IMG/VR virus record: IMGVR_UViG_3300025534_000007
Span: 5,657 to 69,656 of that record
DNA: 64,000 bases
Source of the DNA: a virus
Strand: one strand, 5' to 3'
Part shown: positions 61,919 through 64,000 of the stretch, piece by piece
How positions within the stretch are numbered: position 1 is the first letter of the stretch
Layout of the letters: each line of letters starts with the position of its first letter
Program-made: the position numbers and the translations under genes
Notes under the pieces: model-generated
Databases searched by the model: none
What the model was told of the DNA's origin: nothing
The model's input: the letters and a program-made list of their open reading frames with translations, nothing else

Positions 61919-62338
61919 CTAGCGCGTGTCGAGCTGGCGTGCACGTCGCTCTCTGAGCCTGGGGAGCGTCTGGCGCACTGCCTTCAATACGCTGGCGCGG
62001 TATTTGAGGCCGCTGGACTCTGCGACCAGATCCAGCGGCATACCAGCCTCCAGCCACGTCTCGATCCGCGTGTACAGCAGGAGCTTGGCAGCCTCGGCGC
62101 GACTCTCGTAGGAGTCGTAGATGAAGCGCAGAGCTGACAGTTCTTCCGCGCACTTCATCTTGTCCTCCTCGGGGATGTTCCGAGGGCCGCCTCGATGATT
62201 GGGGTCGCGGTAGGCGTACTGCGGCTTCGGCTCGCGTTCGATCGCTTCAGCCTCGCGGATCAGCTCATCAAGCTCTTCGTCGCTGAGGAGGCCGTCACTC
62301 ATGCTCGGGAACGTCGCGTGGACGGTCCTATCAGCCAT
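61919..62338 (-). CDS. hypothetical protein, possible C-terminal HTH
   Basis: GAGGAGGG RBS; GMPLDLVAESSGL. Confidence 0.55.
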   Translation of the reverse strand: MADRTVHATFPSMSDGLLSDEELDELIREAEAIEREPKPQYAYRDPNHRGGPRNIPEEDKMKCAEELSALRFIYDSYESRAEAAKLLLYTRIETWLEAGMPLDLVAESSGLKYRASVLKAVRQTLPRLRERRARQLDTR

Positions 62339-62651
62339 CGTTGCCCTCCTCGGCCGTCGCGGTCACGAGGGTGCGGAAGCCCTCGTGGCCGTCCAGCTCT
62401 AGGCGCTTGGCCAGGTAGTCCACCGGGTGCATACCGGTCGGGTTCTGGGCGTGGTAGCCACGTTCGAGCGCTTCCATCACCACGGCCAACGTCTTGTCAA
62501 CGACTGCCTCGGCGATGCGCTGGTAGACGTGCGGGTCGTGGGCATCGTGGATCGCGCGCAGGCCGCCATCCGCGAAGTGTTCGAAGGTGCCCCAAGGGCC
62601 GGCCGCATACAGCTCTTGCGCGGCGCTGTTGATGAGCGTGTCGCGCGTCAT
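62331..62651 (-). CDS. hypothetical protein
   Basis: ATG 62651, member of an overlapping leftward chain. Confidence 0.55.
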   Translation of the reverse strand: MTRDTLINSAAQELYAAGPWGTFEHFADGGLRAIHDAHDPHVYQRIAEAVVDKTLAVVMEALERGYHAQNPTGMHPVDYLAKRLELDGHEGFRTLVTATAEEGNDG

Positions 62652-62860
62652 CCGACGTGCTCCCAACAGCCGATGAGGCCATCCATCGACCAGCCGACCT
62701 CGTGTGCCGGCCCTTCGGCGTCGACAGACAAACGCCAGCGCTCCGGCTGTCCGTCGCGCGCCGGCGAATGGTCTTCGACGGTGGCGTAGAGGTCGCGGTT
62801 GAAGACGTTGCGCAGACGTGATCCCACGGCGATGCTGAGATGGGAAGTATCGCTCATCAT
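62648..62860 (-). CDS. hypothetical protein
   Basis: GAGGAGGG RBS; 4-nt overlaps on both sides. Confidence 0.55.
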   Translation of the reverse strand: MMSDTSHLSIAVGSRLRNVFNRDLYATVEDHSPARDGQPERWRLSVDAEGPAHEVGWSMDGLIGCWEHVG

Positions 62861-63078
62861 GTGCCCTCCTCGGGGGACTGGGATGTGCTGAGAGCGGCGA
62901 CCTCAGCGATTGGCGTAGGTCGGATGCCCCACTCACGACGCAGACAGAGCGTGTGCTCGTCGCACATGTCCTGAGCCCCGCCGATGCCGTGGTAGACGTG
63001 CGTCGCGGGCTCGTCGCAGATGCGGTCGCCGAGCATCATTTGGCACTTCCGATTGGGGAGATGCGGGTTGGAGGTCAT
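62857..63078 (-). CDS. small Cys/His-containing protein
   Basis: KCQ...ICDEPATH...MCDEH. Confidence 0.55.
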   Translation of the reverse strand: MTSNPHLPNRKCQMMLGDRICDEPATHVYHGIGGAQDMCDEHTLCLRREWGIRPTPIAEVAALSTSQSPEEGT

Positions 63079-63356
63079 CGCGGGTCCGCCTCGCAGGCGC
63101 ACCACCAGCGCGTCCAGCCGACGATGGTCCGCCACTTGCGCTCCATCAGCCACCGCACGGTCCTGGCGCGCTGCGGGACGACGACGCGGCCGTCGATCGG
63201 GGCTTCGCTGCCGCCGTATTCCTCGATGTAGGGCTGACCGTCCCTCACGCCGATGATGTAGGCGATGCCTGGCTCCATCTCCCACGGCGGATTCAGCGGG
63301 TAGACGGTGCCCTCGCCGCCCAGACCGCTCGATTCGTTGGAAAGCGGAAAGCTCAT
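63075..63356 (-). CDS. hypothetical protein
   Basis: GAGGGAG RBS; 4-nt overlaps. Confidence 0.5.
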   Translation of the reverse strand: MSFPLSNESSGLGGEGTVYPLNPPWEMEPGIAYIIGVRDGQPYIEEYGGSEAPIDGRVVVPQRARTVRWLMERKWRTIVGWTRWWCACEADPR

Positions 63357-63580
63357 CGCCGCTCCCTCCGCGCGCCGTCGTAGATCTCCGGGTAGCCGAG
63401 CCCATCAGGCCCCGCGTAGCCGGTCGGGTGCGGGTAGAGCCGCCGCGCCGTGTTCGTCGAGTCGACGACGACCCACATCCGCAGCTTGGCCGGCATCTTC
63501 GCCGCGAGCCACAGGCAGAAGCGGTCCACGCGCTTGCCCAGCTCGTAGCGCACGTTGTGCCAGCGCATCCAGTAGCCCAT
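63353..63580 (-). CDS. hypothetical protein
   Basis: 75 aa, overlaps the downstream start. Confidence 0.5.
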   Translation of the reverse strand: MGYWMRWHNVRYELGKRVDRFCLWLAAKMPAKLRMWVVVDSTNTARRLYPHPTGYAGPDGLGYPEIYDGARRERR

Positions 63581-63625
63581 CAGTCATTCCCTCCTGTTGG
63601 TTGGTGTCCTTGAAGAGCGGCCATC

Positions 63626-63820
63626 TCAGGCGACCTCCAGCGTCAGGTGCGCGAGCCGCTGCGCGGCTGCGCACTGGCGGGCGGGCGCCTCGCCGCCCAG
63701 CGGCGCGCACCCCGCACAGCACGGCTCGTCGTCGATACCGATCCGTTGCCAGCACGGGAACTCGCAGCCGCTCGTGCACACGCACCCCGGCATCAGCCGA
63801 TCCCCATCGAGCAGGATCAC
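63626..63820 (-). CDS. Cys-rich microprotein
   Basis: CVCTSGCEFPCWQ...PCCAGC; GAGGAGG RBS, GTG start. Confidence 0.55.
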   Translation of the reverse strand: MILLDGDRLMPGCVCTSGCEFPCWQRIGIDDEPCCAGCAPLGGEAPARQCAAAQRLAHLTLEVA

Positions 63821-63999
63821 GCCGCCTCCTCGTCACGGAACAAGAATCCCTCCGGCGGCACTGGGAACTCCACGATCCCCGTCGCCGACTCCCACACCCG
63901 GCGCACCTCAGCCTTTGACGCCTCGTCCTCCACGAGGCAGTACACGCCCTTCCGGCGGTCGCCGAGATAGCACCGCAGACAGCCGCTAGGATCGTCCTC
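63817..63999 (-). CDS. hypothetical protein, 5' truncated by window edge
   Basis: Open frame EDDPSGCLRCYLGD...FRDEEAA, stop overlaps the next start. Confidence 0.5.
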   Translation of the reverse strand, partial: EDDPSGCLRCYLGDRRKGVYCLVEDEASKAEVRRVWESATGIVEFPVPPEGFLFRDEEAA

Positions 64000-64000
64000 G

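Overview
The whole 64 kb window is a GC-rich, temperate, long-tailed (siphovirus-like) phage or prophage, most likely of an Actinomycetota host (inferred from GC content, the actinobacterial-type transglycosylase and tape-measure motifs). Gene order: thyX fragment, secreted lytic transglycosylase and RuvC (0-3 kb); head genes (protease/scaffold, decoration, major capsid); tail genes with a -1 frameshifted chaperone, a 2644-aa tape measure, Dit, hub and fibres (7-26 kb); xis, tyrosine integrase and a putative attP (27-29 kb); replication/recombination genes (SF2 helicase, DnaB, primase, SSB, Dcd, DnaE, RecA, Cas4-like; 29-46 kb); terminase and a portal-MuF fusion (46.7-51.6 kb); a methyltransferase/glycosyltransferase cassette (52-57 kb); endolysin, holin and HU; an intact IS605 (tnpA/tnpB); and small leftward ORFs. 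The most unusual signals: (1) an Asn-Pro-Phe (NPF) motif occurs 16 times, mostly in disordered ends of replication, recombination, integration and packaging proteins, and there is a possible 26-aa NPF-repeat micropeptide; (2) a ~400-nt hairpin-dense, strand-biased non-coding segment; (3) a 14-bp palindrome (CCTAT-N4-ATAGG) upstream of many operons; (4) a glycosyltransferase cassette together with a Gly/Ser C-terminal tail on the capsid protein. All assignments come from reading motifs by eye; no database search or folding program was run.
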